Virus record (IMG/VR): IMGVR_UViG_3300028797_000013
Location: 2,912 to 66,911 of that record
Direction: 5' to 3' (one strand)
DNA: 64,000 nt
Source: a virus
Taxonomy: Duplodnaviria; Caudoviricetes
Shown here: in pieces, positions 17,273-25,750 of the stretch
How positions within the stretch are numbered: the stretch's first letter is position 1
Layout of the letters: every line of letters begins with the position of its first letter
The notes under the pieces: model-generated
Told to the model about the DNA's origin: nothing
The model's input: the letters and a program-made list of their open reading frames with translations, nothing else
Databases searched by the model: none
Position numbers and translations under genes: made by a program

Positions 17273-18052
17273 TCAGATCTCAGAAGCCACCTGATCGTCA
17301 GTCGTAGGGTTGGAGTATCCGCCAGCATCCTCGTAGTTGACCTGGATATTGCTAACCTGGATGGTGTTAAACAGCTCAAAGGCGAGCTGCTGCATCTCAG
17401 GGCTGGTCCTGCTCGACATGGTGGGCACCAGGATGTACCACTTGTTGCGGTCCTTGGACACCATGCGCGAATCGATCTTGTAGCTATATGCCCAGATCGC
17501 AGCCCGCATGGACTTGCTGATGGAGAGCATCTTGCGGCCCTCGTTATAGTTGGTACGGGCGAAGCTCAGCACCACAGGCATGGGATTCTCTTCGAAGAAG
17601 CCCAGGAAGTTGAGATACCGCGTGCACTGCGGCTGGGCAGCCTTGCCGGTCTTGGTGTTGTCGAACTGGTCGAGGCCGCACTGCTTGCAGAGAGCCGTCG
17701 TGCCTTCCGCATCGGTACCTACCCGGCCATCATAGGACCTGCAGAGCATCCGCGGATCAGCATCACGATCAGGGTTCCACCGGATGCAGCTGTAATACTG
17801 CTTGATGGGGATGAAGTGGTAGCCACGGATATCTTCCTTCGTCAGGCTGTTGATGACGTCGCCTTCATCAGCCTCACCATCCTGCCGCTCCGGGCTCAGT
17901 GCGTTGATCACCTTGATACGGGGGATCACGATGTCGCTGCTGTCGGTCTCCTCGAAACCGTACGCAACGTTCGGGTCGTAGGCGGTCATGGACTGCTGCT
18001 CGGCAGCGGCCAGGGCCTCAGGGTTACCATAGTTCTTGCTTTCTTCGGACAT
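17273..18052 (-). CDS. Putative ssDNA-binding/annealing protein (function tentative)
   Basis: Clearly coding with GC-rich third positions; Cys cluster; acidic tail; lies among replication genes. Confidence 0.55.
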   Translation of the reverse strand: MSEESKNYGNPEALAAAEQQSMTAYDPNVAYGFEETDSSDIVIPRIKVINALSPERQDGEADEGDVINSLTKEDIRGYHFIPIKQYYSCIRWNPDRDADPRMLCRSYDGRVGTDAEGTTALCKQCGLDQFDNTKTGKAAQPQCTRYLNFLGFFEENPMPVVLSFARTNYNEGRKMLSISKSMRAAIWAYSYKIDSRMVSKDRNKWYILVPTMSSRTSPEMQQLAFELFNTIQVSNIQVNYEDAGGYSNPTTDDQVASEI

Positions 18053-18077
18053 AGTTATACTCCTTTCTATTTAGACC

Positions 18078-18734
18078 TCATACGAGAAGGTCATCAAAAA
18101 CTGATACTAAGTAGCTCGCAAGGCAATCAGCCATTGTATTAGCGACTGCCCAGTCCAAGGCTACATATTCCGGCACAGCAGTGAAGCCGTGCTGCACGCG
18201 ATTGTAGTTGAAATCACGAATGATCCTTGGCATATCAGCAGGACGCCTGGCTACAGAGAAGAGCCTGTCATAGAGCTCAATCCCTGTAGAATCAGCGGTC
18301 ATAGCACGCTTTGTATTAGCCGGTGTGTAGCTGATCAAATGCCCCTTGGTCCACTGCATGAACACATTGCCAGACAACTTAGGAGAGTCGAGCAGTTTAA
18401 GCGCTCGCTGCCACATGTCCTGGTTCTTTACAGGACCAGACAGGCCCGTCCAGTTTTGTCGTGCCCATTTGTGTACCCAGTCCTTTTCAATGGTGTTGAA
18501 CATGTACTCTGAGTCAGTAATTATGCTGAGCGACTCATCCTCAGCCATATGCTCGTTGGCATACTCAAGTGCTTCAAGCAAGCCATTAAGCTCACCACGC
18601 TGGCTCGTAGATTCATGCTCAAACATTGCTTTGAACAGCACCTCGCCATCCTCTTGTAATATCCAAGCTACACCTACAGATACACAGGTAGGTTCACCAT
18701 TGCGCTTGCATGCCCCATCAGTTGCAATTAACAT
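18078..18734 (-). CDS. rnhA: Ribonuclease HI
   Basis: ATDGAC, STSQRGEL, ITDSEY, VKNQDMW, WTKGH, N..AD motifs. Confidence 0.9.
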   Translation of the reverse strand: MLIATDGACKRNGEPTCVSVGVAWILQEDGEVLFKAMFEHESTSQRGELNGLLEALEYANEHMAEDESLSIITDSEYMFNTIEKDWVHKWARQNWTGLSGPVKNQDMWQRALKLLDSPKLSGNVFMQWTKGHLISYTPANTKRAMTADSTGIELYDRLFSVARRPADMPRIIRDFNYNRVQHGFTAVPEYVALDWAVANTMADCLASYLVSVFDDLLV

Positions 18735-19213
18735 TAGTGCTCTCCTAAACAAATAAATCGAGTACCCATGTAGAAGGTGAGGTCACCTACATAGTATATC
18801 ATATTCTTACCATCTACTGAGTGCTGTGTCAGCCAGTCCTTAGAAACCGTCACGTCCTTAAGAATACACACACTCGTCATTATAAAGCGTCTAGGACTAT
18901 CTGATGTGAGCATGCTCTCAAACTTAGGGGAAACCTTTAATCGGTTGCACTCCTCTAAAAAGCTTGTGTGTTTGCAGAAGTCCGACATACTCATGGTTTC
19001 CACACTGATTAAATCAAACCGGTACCACATTTTTGCGTCTTCTTTTGTCTCTGGCTGTTTAGGTTCCTGAGTAGTGTCTAAGAGCTCAGTAACAGATTGC
19101 AGCAGTGCTGTGACCTCATCAGCAGTAGCAGCAAACTGATTAACTTGCTCTGTCAGCTTTGCTATGAGCTGCTCGATACGTTCCAGCTTTGCTTGTACCT
19201 CAGCTTCGTTCAT
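18734..19213 (-). CDS. Hypothetical protein with N-terminal coiled coil
   Basis: Heptad pattern; coupled to ligase stop. Confidence 0.7.
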   Translation of the reverse strand: MNEAEVQAKLERIEQLIAKLTEQVNQFAATADEVTALLQSVTELLDTTQEPKQPETKEDAKMWYRFDLISVETMSMSDFCKHTSFLEECNRLKVSPKFESMLTSDSPRRFIMTSVCILKDVTVSKDWLTQHSVDGKNMIYYVGDLTFYMGTRFICLGEH

Positions 19214-20598
19214 TCTTCAGCCCCTTTGATCCTCTTGAAGACTGGGCAGTTAAGTGCTCGCCCTCCTTGCTTGTTAAAGCTTTCACCAAAGGACTCAAGC
19301 TCTACTTGCTTACCTATGATCTCCTCAGGATGTGCCCATAGATAACTACGGTCGTAGTCAGTAAATCCGGTGCCGACCCCGAACACTGCTCCGTCCCAGT
19401 TTACAATGATGCCACCCATCATACCAGTGTACTTGTTGTCGCCCTCATAGATGTCTGTGCATGTAGCTACATACTCTTTGAGCATCTTGATCTTCAGCAG
19501 CGTTTTGCGCGGATTGGGATTGACTTCGTAGGCTGCCTGCCACTCATTGAGCATGATACCTTCGCCCTTAACATCCCAGATAGGCTTTGCAAGTGCTACA
19601 CCATGTTTGTATGACGTTGCAAGCCCAAGGATAGGAAGCGGCTTGATGTGCTCAAACTTGTGAGTAAGCGACATATACTTCTGACCAAGTGCATAGACAG
19701 CATTGTGCAGGTTTGTTACTTTACCTTTGTTCTTGTTGTCAATGTCAATGACCAGTGCAATGTCTACAAGCATAACCACACTGTCTCCATCACCCATAAG
19801 TGCTGCGAGCATCGTCTTACGGGCCAAAGCGCCGAGCTTACTCTGCCCCTGGTTGTACTCCTCAATGGGAATCACATCAAAGCAGAGTGCCCGGACGCCG
19901 GTGCGCCGCTGGTTACGACGGTTGAGGACCGAGGCACTGGCTTGCCGCAATACGATATTGTCACCGTAGTCACCTTCGGCAATGCATTCACAATCGAACA
20001 CATAGCCAGTGGGGAGAAAGGCATGAATCTCAGCTTCAATCTCGGATAGCCCAGTGTCGGGCTTACCAGAACGTGTGTAAGTCTTTACTCCGTCCTCGGT
20101 GTTGAAAAAGAGCCTCCGATTGCCGTCGATCTTCTCAGTAGCAATGCCATAGCCAGTCCAGTCCTCAGGGCAGAGCATACCACGCATAATACCAATACGC
20201 GGGATGAAGCCATCCCCATACACAGCATTCAACGTTGTAACACTCACGCCAATCTGCAGGTCTTTCGTGACCAGGCCAGTAGCTGCCCACTGCCAGTTTG
20301 GATCCACACTGTCATAGATAAAAGCGTTTGCATATGCTGCATCAATATCCATGCCAGTATTATTCACTTTGAGATATGCCATGATATCTTCTACTGACAT
20401 GTGTCCCATGTAGCATTCTGCACGGTCCAGCTTCGCTTGCTTAAGGCCTGTCACGAAGTAAGGATCGTAGATATACTTGAGTACATCTTTGAATCCATCT
20501 ACTGTGTCGCCATACTTACGAAGCAGTGTTCGCTTTGCAAGGGTCGAACCAGTCGCCTGGATCATAGCCAATGCATCAGCAACTTCCTGGAAATCCAT
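19210..20598 (-). CDS. ATP-dependent DNA ligase
   Basis: TEKIDGNR (motif I), FDCE, FDVI, EGIML, LLKIK, VGTGF. Confidence 0.92.
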   Translation of the reverse strand: MDFQEVADALAMIQATGSTLAKRTLLRKYGDTVDGFKDVLKYIYDPYFVTGLKQAKLDRAECYMGHMSVEDIMAYLKVNNTGMDIDAAYANAFIYDSVDPNWQWAATGLVTKDLQIGVSVTTLNAVYGDGFIPRIGIMRGMLCPEDWTGYGIATEKIDGNRRLFFNTEDGVKTYTRSGKPDTGLSEIEAEIHAFLPTGYVFDCECIAEGDYGDNIVLRQASASVLNRRNQRRTGVRALCFDVIPIEEYNQGQSKLGALARKTMLAALMGDGDSVVMLVDIALVIDIDNKNKGKVTNLHNAVYALGQKYMSLTHKFEHIKPLPILGLATSYKHGVALAKPIWDVKGEGIMLNEWQAAYEVNPNPRKTLLKIKMLKEYVATCTDIYEGDNKYTGMMGGIIVNWDGAVFGVGTGFTDYDRSYLWAHPEEIIGKQVELESFGESFNKQGGRALNCPVFKRIKGAEE

Positions 20599-20624
20599 AT
20601 TTACCTCCTTCTACAAGAATTGCG

Positions 20625-20642
20625 AAATACGTCGGCGTATTT
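20625..20642. promoter_or_regulatory. Near-perfect 18-bp palindrome, possible operator
   Basis: AAATACGTCGGCGTATTT; one mismatch to the palindrome at 62445-62462. Confidence 0.45.
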
Positions 20643-20661
20643 CATATTTAGACAAAAGAGC

Positions 20662-21210
20662 CTAACGGCCCTTGAGCCTACCAGATAAGCGTGCCTTAAA
20701 TCCCTGGATTACTCGTGAGACATAAGACACTGATGTATTGCATGCTCTGGCAATCGTAGTCTTGTTTTCCTCAAAATCTACAGATCGCCAAAACAGCAAG
20801 ATGTCTCTTGCGAGGCCCCGCGACGCTGCGAGGTGTTCATCAAAGACTTCTTGAACAATTTTCTTTAGCTGCTCGTAGTTAGAATCTTCATCCATACTCT
20901 TTGTTACTGCAGGAATGTTTTCATCAAGTTCACAGTAGCCAAACTGCTCAAACTCATGTAGTTGCTTCCGCAACACACCATTTATTGCGTTCGTGATACA
21001 TGTACACGCATATGTCGAGAAAGCAGTTTTCTCATAGACTGAGTATGTACCTATTGCATCCCACAAAGCTTCCCAAGCCGCAGACTCAGCATCTTGGTTA
21101 TGAAGCTGTCCCATCTGTGTTAACCGGTAGTAGATGAGATTCTTGTGCTCAGCAAGCAGTTCTTCAATATCACGCCTTGTTTTGTCTGGCTTATACAGAA
21201 GGTCAGACAC
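20662..21210 (-). CDS. Phage-encoded sigma70-family sigma factor
   Basis: Region 2-like DAESAAWEALWDAI..Y.....AFSTYA..CI.NAI; region 4 HTH IARACNTSVSYVSR. Confidence 0.8.
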   Translation of the reverse strand: MSDLLYKPDKTRRDIEELLAEHKNLIYYRLTQMGQLHNQDAESAAWEALWDAIGTYSVYEKTAFSTYACTCITNAINGVLRKQLHEFEQFGYCELDENIPAVTKSMDEDSNYEQLKKIVQEVFDEHLAASRGLARDILLFWRSVDFEENKTTIARACNTSVSYVSRVIQGFKARLSGRLKGR

Positions 21211-21236
21211 TGCTTTTCACCTCGCACTATAAGAAT

Positions 21237-21268
21237 ATTATACCGCATTCCACACGGTATTTACACCG
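21237..21268 (-). promoter_or_regulatory. Phage-motif promoter (copy 3 of 5), upstream of the sigma gene
   Basis: CGGTGTAAATACCGTG-N10-TATAAT. Confidence 0.75.
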
Positions 21269-21631
21269 TTAGCCTTCCATCTGCTTCTTGCGATCGACAA
21301 GCTTTTCAAGCTCAAGAATAATATCACGCATGCAGCGTGCTACAAAAGCGACACCACCAGCCGCCTGCACATCTTCGATAAACTGTTTTTGCTGCTCAGA
21401 AGGGGCCCCCGTAGCACTCTTACACTCGACAGCAACAAAGAAGCCCTCAAAGCATGCCAGAATGTCAGCATTGCCAGAGCGTGTTCCAAATGCTTCACGG
21501 ATAACTACTGCGCCAGCAAGCTTCAATGTTTCTTCAGCTTGTGCTAAGCAAGGGGCTTCAGTACGGTAGGTCTTATTGAGTAAGTTATGCTTAGCCAGGT
21601 AGAGCGTAGTCGCATATAGCCTGTTCGCCAT
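21269..21631 (-). CDS. VRR-NUC domain nuclease (Holliday-junction resolvase-like)
   Basis: G.ADI....G.FVAVECKS..G.PSEQQ..F PD-(D/E)xK motif. Confidence 0.82.
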   Translation of the reverse strand: MANRLYATTLYLAKHNLLNKTYRTEAPCLAQAEETLKLAGAVVIREAFGTRSGNADILACFEGFFVAVECKSATGAPSEQQKQFIEDVQAAGGVAFVARCMRDIILELEKLVDRKKQMEG

Positions 21632-23318
21632 ATTCACCACTCCTTAAGTAGTTCAGGAAACCAGTTGAGGCATCCCGCTTGCTTGTTACATTGTCATATA
21701 CCAGGGAGTCCACCAGCCGCTTACCGCCTTGTGCAGTAGCAATCAGTACATAGTAGTCGCACTGAAAGGGTTGAATGTTCTTGTGGGCTCTGATCCTTTC
21801 GGAACTTTGTTTCAGTGACTCCCAGCTATCTGTCACACGATAATAGATGCAGCTATGTGCTACTGTCAGATTCACACCCATGCCAAGTGACAGCGGATGA
21901 GCTACGAGATACTGGAACTTCTTTTCTTTGAACTCAGCAACATACTGGTTCTTCAGCATTGAGGGTGTCTTTCCATTGATTACCCTGCAGTTGACTGTAA
22001 GTGCACTCGCAATGTCCCTGAACTCTTGTGCATAGTGTGCCCAGATAACCACTGGCTGATTACCAAGTTTATCTAGTAGCTGCAACAAGGCTTCAATGCG
22101 CTTGCAGTCACCAGGCAGGATATATGTCTCTTGTGCATTGGCTGCAAGTCCAAGCTTTCTAGCCAGAGCATTGTCTGCTCGCGCCTTTGTATCCATCACA
22201 AAGCCAGAGCATATCTGCTGAAGCTTTGTGCGTGCAATGACAGCCGCATCAGCAATAATGGTAGCCTCAGAGACTTCAACTACCATCTCTTTCCGCATTG
22301 TCTCATAGGCAGTGAAGTCACTAGCTGAGAGTTCAAACGGAACTATTTCCCAGGAAGATTCAGCCATTGGCATCACTGATTGATCTACATAGATGCTGCA
22401 TGACTCTACAAGCTGCATGAACTCAGTACGCCGGTCATCCTTGAGTTGTAGCTTCTCATACTTATCGGAAAAGCTTATGTCGTCAAAGTACCTGTTCTTA
22501 AAGTGTGTCCACACAGGATTGAACAAATATTTATCTACAAACTGCATCTGGCAGAAATACTCGTCTTCACCATTAGGTGCTGGCGTCGCTGAGAGATTGT
22601 ACCAATATTTCACAGTATCGGAGTAGTCCAAGAGTGTCTTAGCAATCTGTGTGGTCCTGGACTTACACTTGGAACTCTCATCAAGGATCACCATATCAAA
22701 CTTGCAGGCCTTAATCAGATTGATCTCACTAACTACCATGCCAGTAGACCAGAGCATTATATGACAGGGTGTTTTCAGTGCCTTGGCCTTTATCTTATAG
22801 TCCCCGTAGTATGCTGCAACTTTCATTGGAAAGTGCTTCGCATCATCAAGCCATGAAGGAATGATAGTAGATGGAACTATGACTAGTGCTCTCTTAATCT
22901 TGCCAGCCTCTAATGCATTCTGAATGATTTGGAAAGTCATCCGTGTTTTGCCGGTACGTGTGTCATAAAAGAAGTTATAGCGATCATTGTACCGTGCGAG
23001 TTCTACACCAAGATTCTGATGTTCCCACAGCCCTGGATATTCTACTGTAGTACCTTGCATTTTCAGTTCTGCAGTCATCCTCCGGCGCTCGAGCTCTGCT
23101 CTTAAAAGCTTTGCTGCTGGTCCGTCAGGAATGTTCTCTTCTGTTTGCCCACGCAAAATGTACAGAATCTCCGGTATATGTTTTAGGCTGCAACGATACA
23201 CACCCGGCCTACGCGCTACAGCGTGGACGTGTCTACTCGTTGCAGCCAAACTTGCAAACTCTTCAGGATTCAGTTGTAGCTCAAGGTACCTAGTACCTAC
23301 AATGCTTATCTTTGACAT
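21591..23318 (-). CDS. SNF2-family helicase
   Basis: DTRTGKT, ILDESS, LSATP, QICSGF, SLGMGVNL, QSSERI; start moved to MSKISI. Confidence 0.9.
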   Translation of the reverse strand: MSKISIVGTRYLELQLNPEEFASLAATSRHVHAVARRPGVYRCSLKHIPEILYILRGQTEENIPDGPAAKLLRAELERRRMTAELKMQGTTVEYPGLWEHQNLGVELARYNDRYNFFYDTRTGKTRMTFQIIQNALEAGKIKRALVIVPSTIIPSWLDDAKHFPMKVAAYYGDYKIKAKALKTPCHIMLWSTGMVVSEINLIKACKFDMVILDESSKCKSRTTQIAKTLLDYSDTVKYWYNLSATPAPNGEDEYFCQMQFVDKYLFNPVWTHFKNRYFDDISFSDKYEKLQLKDDRRTEFMQLVESCSIYVDQSVMPMAESSWEIVPFELSASDFTAYETMRKEMVVEVSEATIIADAAVIARTKLQQICSGFVMDTKARADNALARKLGLAANAQETYILPGDCKRIEALLQLLDKLGNQPVVIWAHYAQEFRDIASALTVNCRVINGKTPSMLKNQYVAEFKEKKFQYLVAHPLSLGMGVNLTVAHSCIYYRVTDSWESLKQSSERIRAHKNIQPFQCDYYVLIATAQGGKRLVDSLVYDNVTSKRDASTGFLNYLRSGEYGEQAICDYALPG

Positions 23319-23540
23319 ATATGCCACCTTAAGAATCAGGGCGGGCAACGGCACCCGCCCTAATCTGTAACGGACCAACCCTCAGATCCGTATTACGTCG
23401 GGCCACTAATCAGTACGCCGTACTCACATTTGCGCTTTCCAGCCAACAAGACACATACTCCCGACTTCCAAAAGCCCTTCTATTCAGTATTCTGGGCGGA
23501 CGTCACGCCCATGGACGTATGAAGGACGAACAGTAGCCCA

Positions 23541-23616
23541 TGGTGGATCTGAGCGGGATCGAACCGCTGACCTCCTGCGTGCAAAGCAGGTGCTCTCCCA
23601 ACTGAGCTACAAACCC
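23541..23616 (-). tRNA. tRNA-Ala (UGC), CCA encoded
   Basis: 76-nt cloverleaf; G3.U70 pair; TTCGATC T loop; TGC anticodon. Confidence 0.93.
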
Positions 23617-23628
23617 ATATTATTCAGA

Positions 23629-23728
23629 TGGCCCATTAAAGTACCTACACGAATCCTGAGGTATATCGGCAGCCATCAATTGGGCGGTGCTTACACCCGG
23701 TGCATTCGTGGAGCTGGTAGATGGGCCA
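23629..23728 (-). ncRNA. Candidate structured ncRNA (rod-like, ~100 nt)
   Basis: Nested complementary segments TGGCCCAT/ATGGGCCA, TACC/GGTA, CACGAAT/ATTCGTG; between two tRNAs. Confidence 0.4.
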
Positions 23729-23888
23729 CTCTCCAACTATAACCACAGGCATGACTAGGAGCACCATTAAGTTCCACATAATCCTAGCCACCTTTCGATC
23801 GCAGGCTTCCCAGCTTTATCCCTGCTTAGAGTCCACAATAACCGCATTCAAGTATCAGGTTCTTTTATGTTTCGTCTGCCATGGACTT

Positions 23889-23963
23889 TGGTTGCGGGGG
23901 CAGGATTCGAACCTGCGACCTCTTGGGTATGAACCAAGCGAGCTACCGCTGCTCCACCCCGCC
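23889..23963 (-). tRNA. tRNA-Met (CAU), initiator-like, CCA encoded
   Basis: 75-nt cloverleaf; G1/A72 mismatch and A11-U24 as in initiator tRNA; only two G-C pairs at the base of the anticodon stem. Confidence 0.9.
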
Positions 23964-24023
23964 AGGTGCAGCCGCTCTACCATAAGCGGCTGCAGTGTGC
24001 ACGCAGTACAGAAAGGAGTACCA

Positions 24024-24088
24024 TGTTTGAGAGCTGCTGGAGTTGAACCAGCCAGCGATTAGCCACATCGCTGCGACCCCGACTCTCA
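24024..24088 (-). ncRNA. D-armless tRNA-like element
   Basis: 7-bp acceptor-like stem, 7-bp stem with 7-nt loop, perfect T-arm GCTGG-TTCAACT-CCAGC; ends AACA. Confidence 0.55.
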
Positions 24089-24137
24089 TAGGTTGCGCGG
24101 GCAACCGTAGCTACCCGCGCAATGTAGAAGGAGGGGC

Positions 24138-24638
24138 TTACTCGGCAGCATCCAGCAGAGCCTGGATGTCGGCCGCACTGACCTTGCCAGCCTTGATGGC
24201 ATCGGCGATGACCTGGGCATCCAGCTTGGTGCCACCACGAGCAGTGGGAGCGATGCCCCGCTGGTCCATGAGAGCCTTGACAGCATCCAGGCGGGCCTTG
24301 GCTTTGGTGGCATCACGGCCGGCCTTGGAGGTCTTGTAGTACACGCTGTTGGCGTTGCGGTACTCGATCTTCAGCTGGTCATCGGTCATATCCTCCAGGG
24401 CGATGCCGACCAGCTGGCCGCGGCTCTGAGCCTTGGGCAGCTCATACTCGAACTCGATGGTCTCGCCGGCCTTGATGTCGCGATCGGCGGTGTAGCTGAC
24501 CTTGATCACGCGAGGCTTGGCAGGCTTGCGCTCTTTGGTGCCGGTGGCAGGAGCCACAGTGGTCTCGGCGGCAGCCAGCTCAGCTTCGATGCTCGCAGCA
24601 TCATTGAAATCGACGGGGGTCTTGTTCTCTTCGGACAT
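24138..24638 (-). CDS. Hypothetical helical protein, paralog family member P1
   Basis: AAAGGAG SD; strong codon bias; own promoter; 34-aa ungapped match to 61209..61973. Confidence 0.85.
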   Translation of the reverse strand: MSEENKTPVDFNDAASIEAELAAAETTVAPATGTKERKPAKPRVIKVSYTADRDIKAGETIEFEYELPKAQSRGQLVGIALEDMTDDQLKIEYRNANSVYYKTSKAGRDATKAKARLDAVKALMDQRGIAPTARGGTKLDAQVIADAIKAGKVSAADIQALLDAAE

Positions 24639-24741
24639 GGTTCATTCTCCTTTTCATTTTGCTCGCGCGCATCCGAACGCGCGGCTTGTTTTATGCGGCA
24701 GTCAGGGGGCTCCCTGTTCGCTGCTCACATATTCTAATAAT

Positions 24742-24773
24742 ATAATACCATGGGGTACGCGGTAACTACACCG
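24742..24773 (-). promoter_or_regulatory. Phage-motif promoter (copy 4 of 5)
   Basis: CGGTGTAGTTACCGCG-N10-TATTAT. Confidence 0.7.
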
Positions 24774-24881
24774 TGAACTAAAATCTGGAGAGGTACCGCA
24801 TGATGTATTTTGCCTGCAGCGCCGGGACCCCGGAGCGAAAAGGCCCACGGCCCCTGCATCTACTGACAACAGGAAAATCTT

Positions 24882-25147
24882 GCTGTAAGATTGTAAAAAT
24901 GTAAAACTGTAAAAGATGTAAAATCTGTAAGCAAAGAAATCTATATGAGATTAAAACTCTGCGTCCCAGCGACGCTGGGATCTTTATTCTATTTATCTCT
25001 ATTGCTTCTTTACTTTACAAATAATAAAAGAAGAGAAGCAAGCAAATCAAAATAAAGAAAAGAATGAGAGTAGAAAAGTTTCTCCAACGCAGAGCCTCTT
25101 ACAAATCTTACATTTTCTACAGTTTTACATTTTTACAATCTTACAGC
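24882..25147. repeat. Element A: 50-bp inverted repeats made of six TGTA(A) units around an AT-rich core; origin-like
   Basis: Arms 24882-24931 and 25098-25147 are 46/50 complementary; unit spacing 8-9 bp. Confidence 0.85.
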
Positions 25148-25226
25148 GGAAAACGCCCGCGGCGTCCGAATACCGCAGGCGTTCCCCGGAAGGAGTAGAA
25201 CCATGTCTAACAAGTAGGACCCCAAT

Positions 25227-25463
25227 CTACTCGTTAGCTTGTTCGCGTGCTCGTTTGCGTGCTTGTTCTTTCTTGTACTGCACAGTAGAAATGCCCCACA
25301 GAGCACCCAGGAATGTATCAATGACTGCTAGGGTACCGACGATCTCTTTGCCATAGGGGAAGCCCCAGATCTGTGCAAGACCGAAGTACATGGTACCGAG
25401 TGCAGGCAGGACCACCTGGGCGATCCATTTCAGTACGTCGAAAGCTTTGTCAGAGAGAATCAC
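25227..25463 (-). CDS. Holin (Dp-1 family-like)
   Basis: LSDKAFDVLKWIAQVVLPALGTMYF...IWG.PY...VGT...DTFLG; two TM segments; GTG start after GGAGG. Confidence 0.85.
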   Translation of the reverse strand: MILSDKAFDVLKWIAQVVLPALGTMYFGLAQIWGFPYGKEIVGTLAVIDTFLGALWGISTVQYKKEQARKRAREQANE

Positions 25464-25468
25464 ATGTG

Positions 25469-25741
25469 TCACCTCCTGTCATCTTCTAAGATATTGTCAG
25501 TGTCCGGGATTCTGCGATTCTCGAACTTCTTATAGGCGTCGAGGTACCATTCGTACTGGTTGCCATTGTAGGTCAACTCATAGTACATACCATCGAACAG
25601 CGAGGAGGACAGGCAGTACTTCCAGTTCTGGAGCACTTTCGCCTTCCACACAATGTAGACATCAAAGTTAGGCGCGGGGTCACTGGGATCCAGGTGTGCT
25701 TTGATGTAGCCGCGGACCAGAGCAATCGCTTTCTCGTCCAT
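25469..25741 (-). CDS. DUF6275-like protein
   Basis: VW..K.LQNWK...S...DGMYYELTYNG...E.YLDAYKKFEN motif recognised from memory. Confidence 0.75.
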   Translation of the reverse strand: MDEKAIALVRGYIKAHLDPSDPAPNFDVYIVWKAKVLQNWKYCLSSSLFDGMYYELTYNGNQYEWYLDAYKKFENRRIPDTDNILEDDRR

Positions 25742-25750
25742 CTACACACC

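Noticed and set aside
4455-18142. Long plus-strand ORFs (4455..5411, 8200..9165, 12913..13869, 17237..18142)
   Set aside because: Each mirrors a well-supported minus-strand gene; no SD or motifs
24011-25217. Plus-strand SD+ATG minigenes (MFESCWS at 24023, MSNK at 25203)
   Set aside because: Only 4-7 codons, antisense to the local operon; no further support
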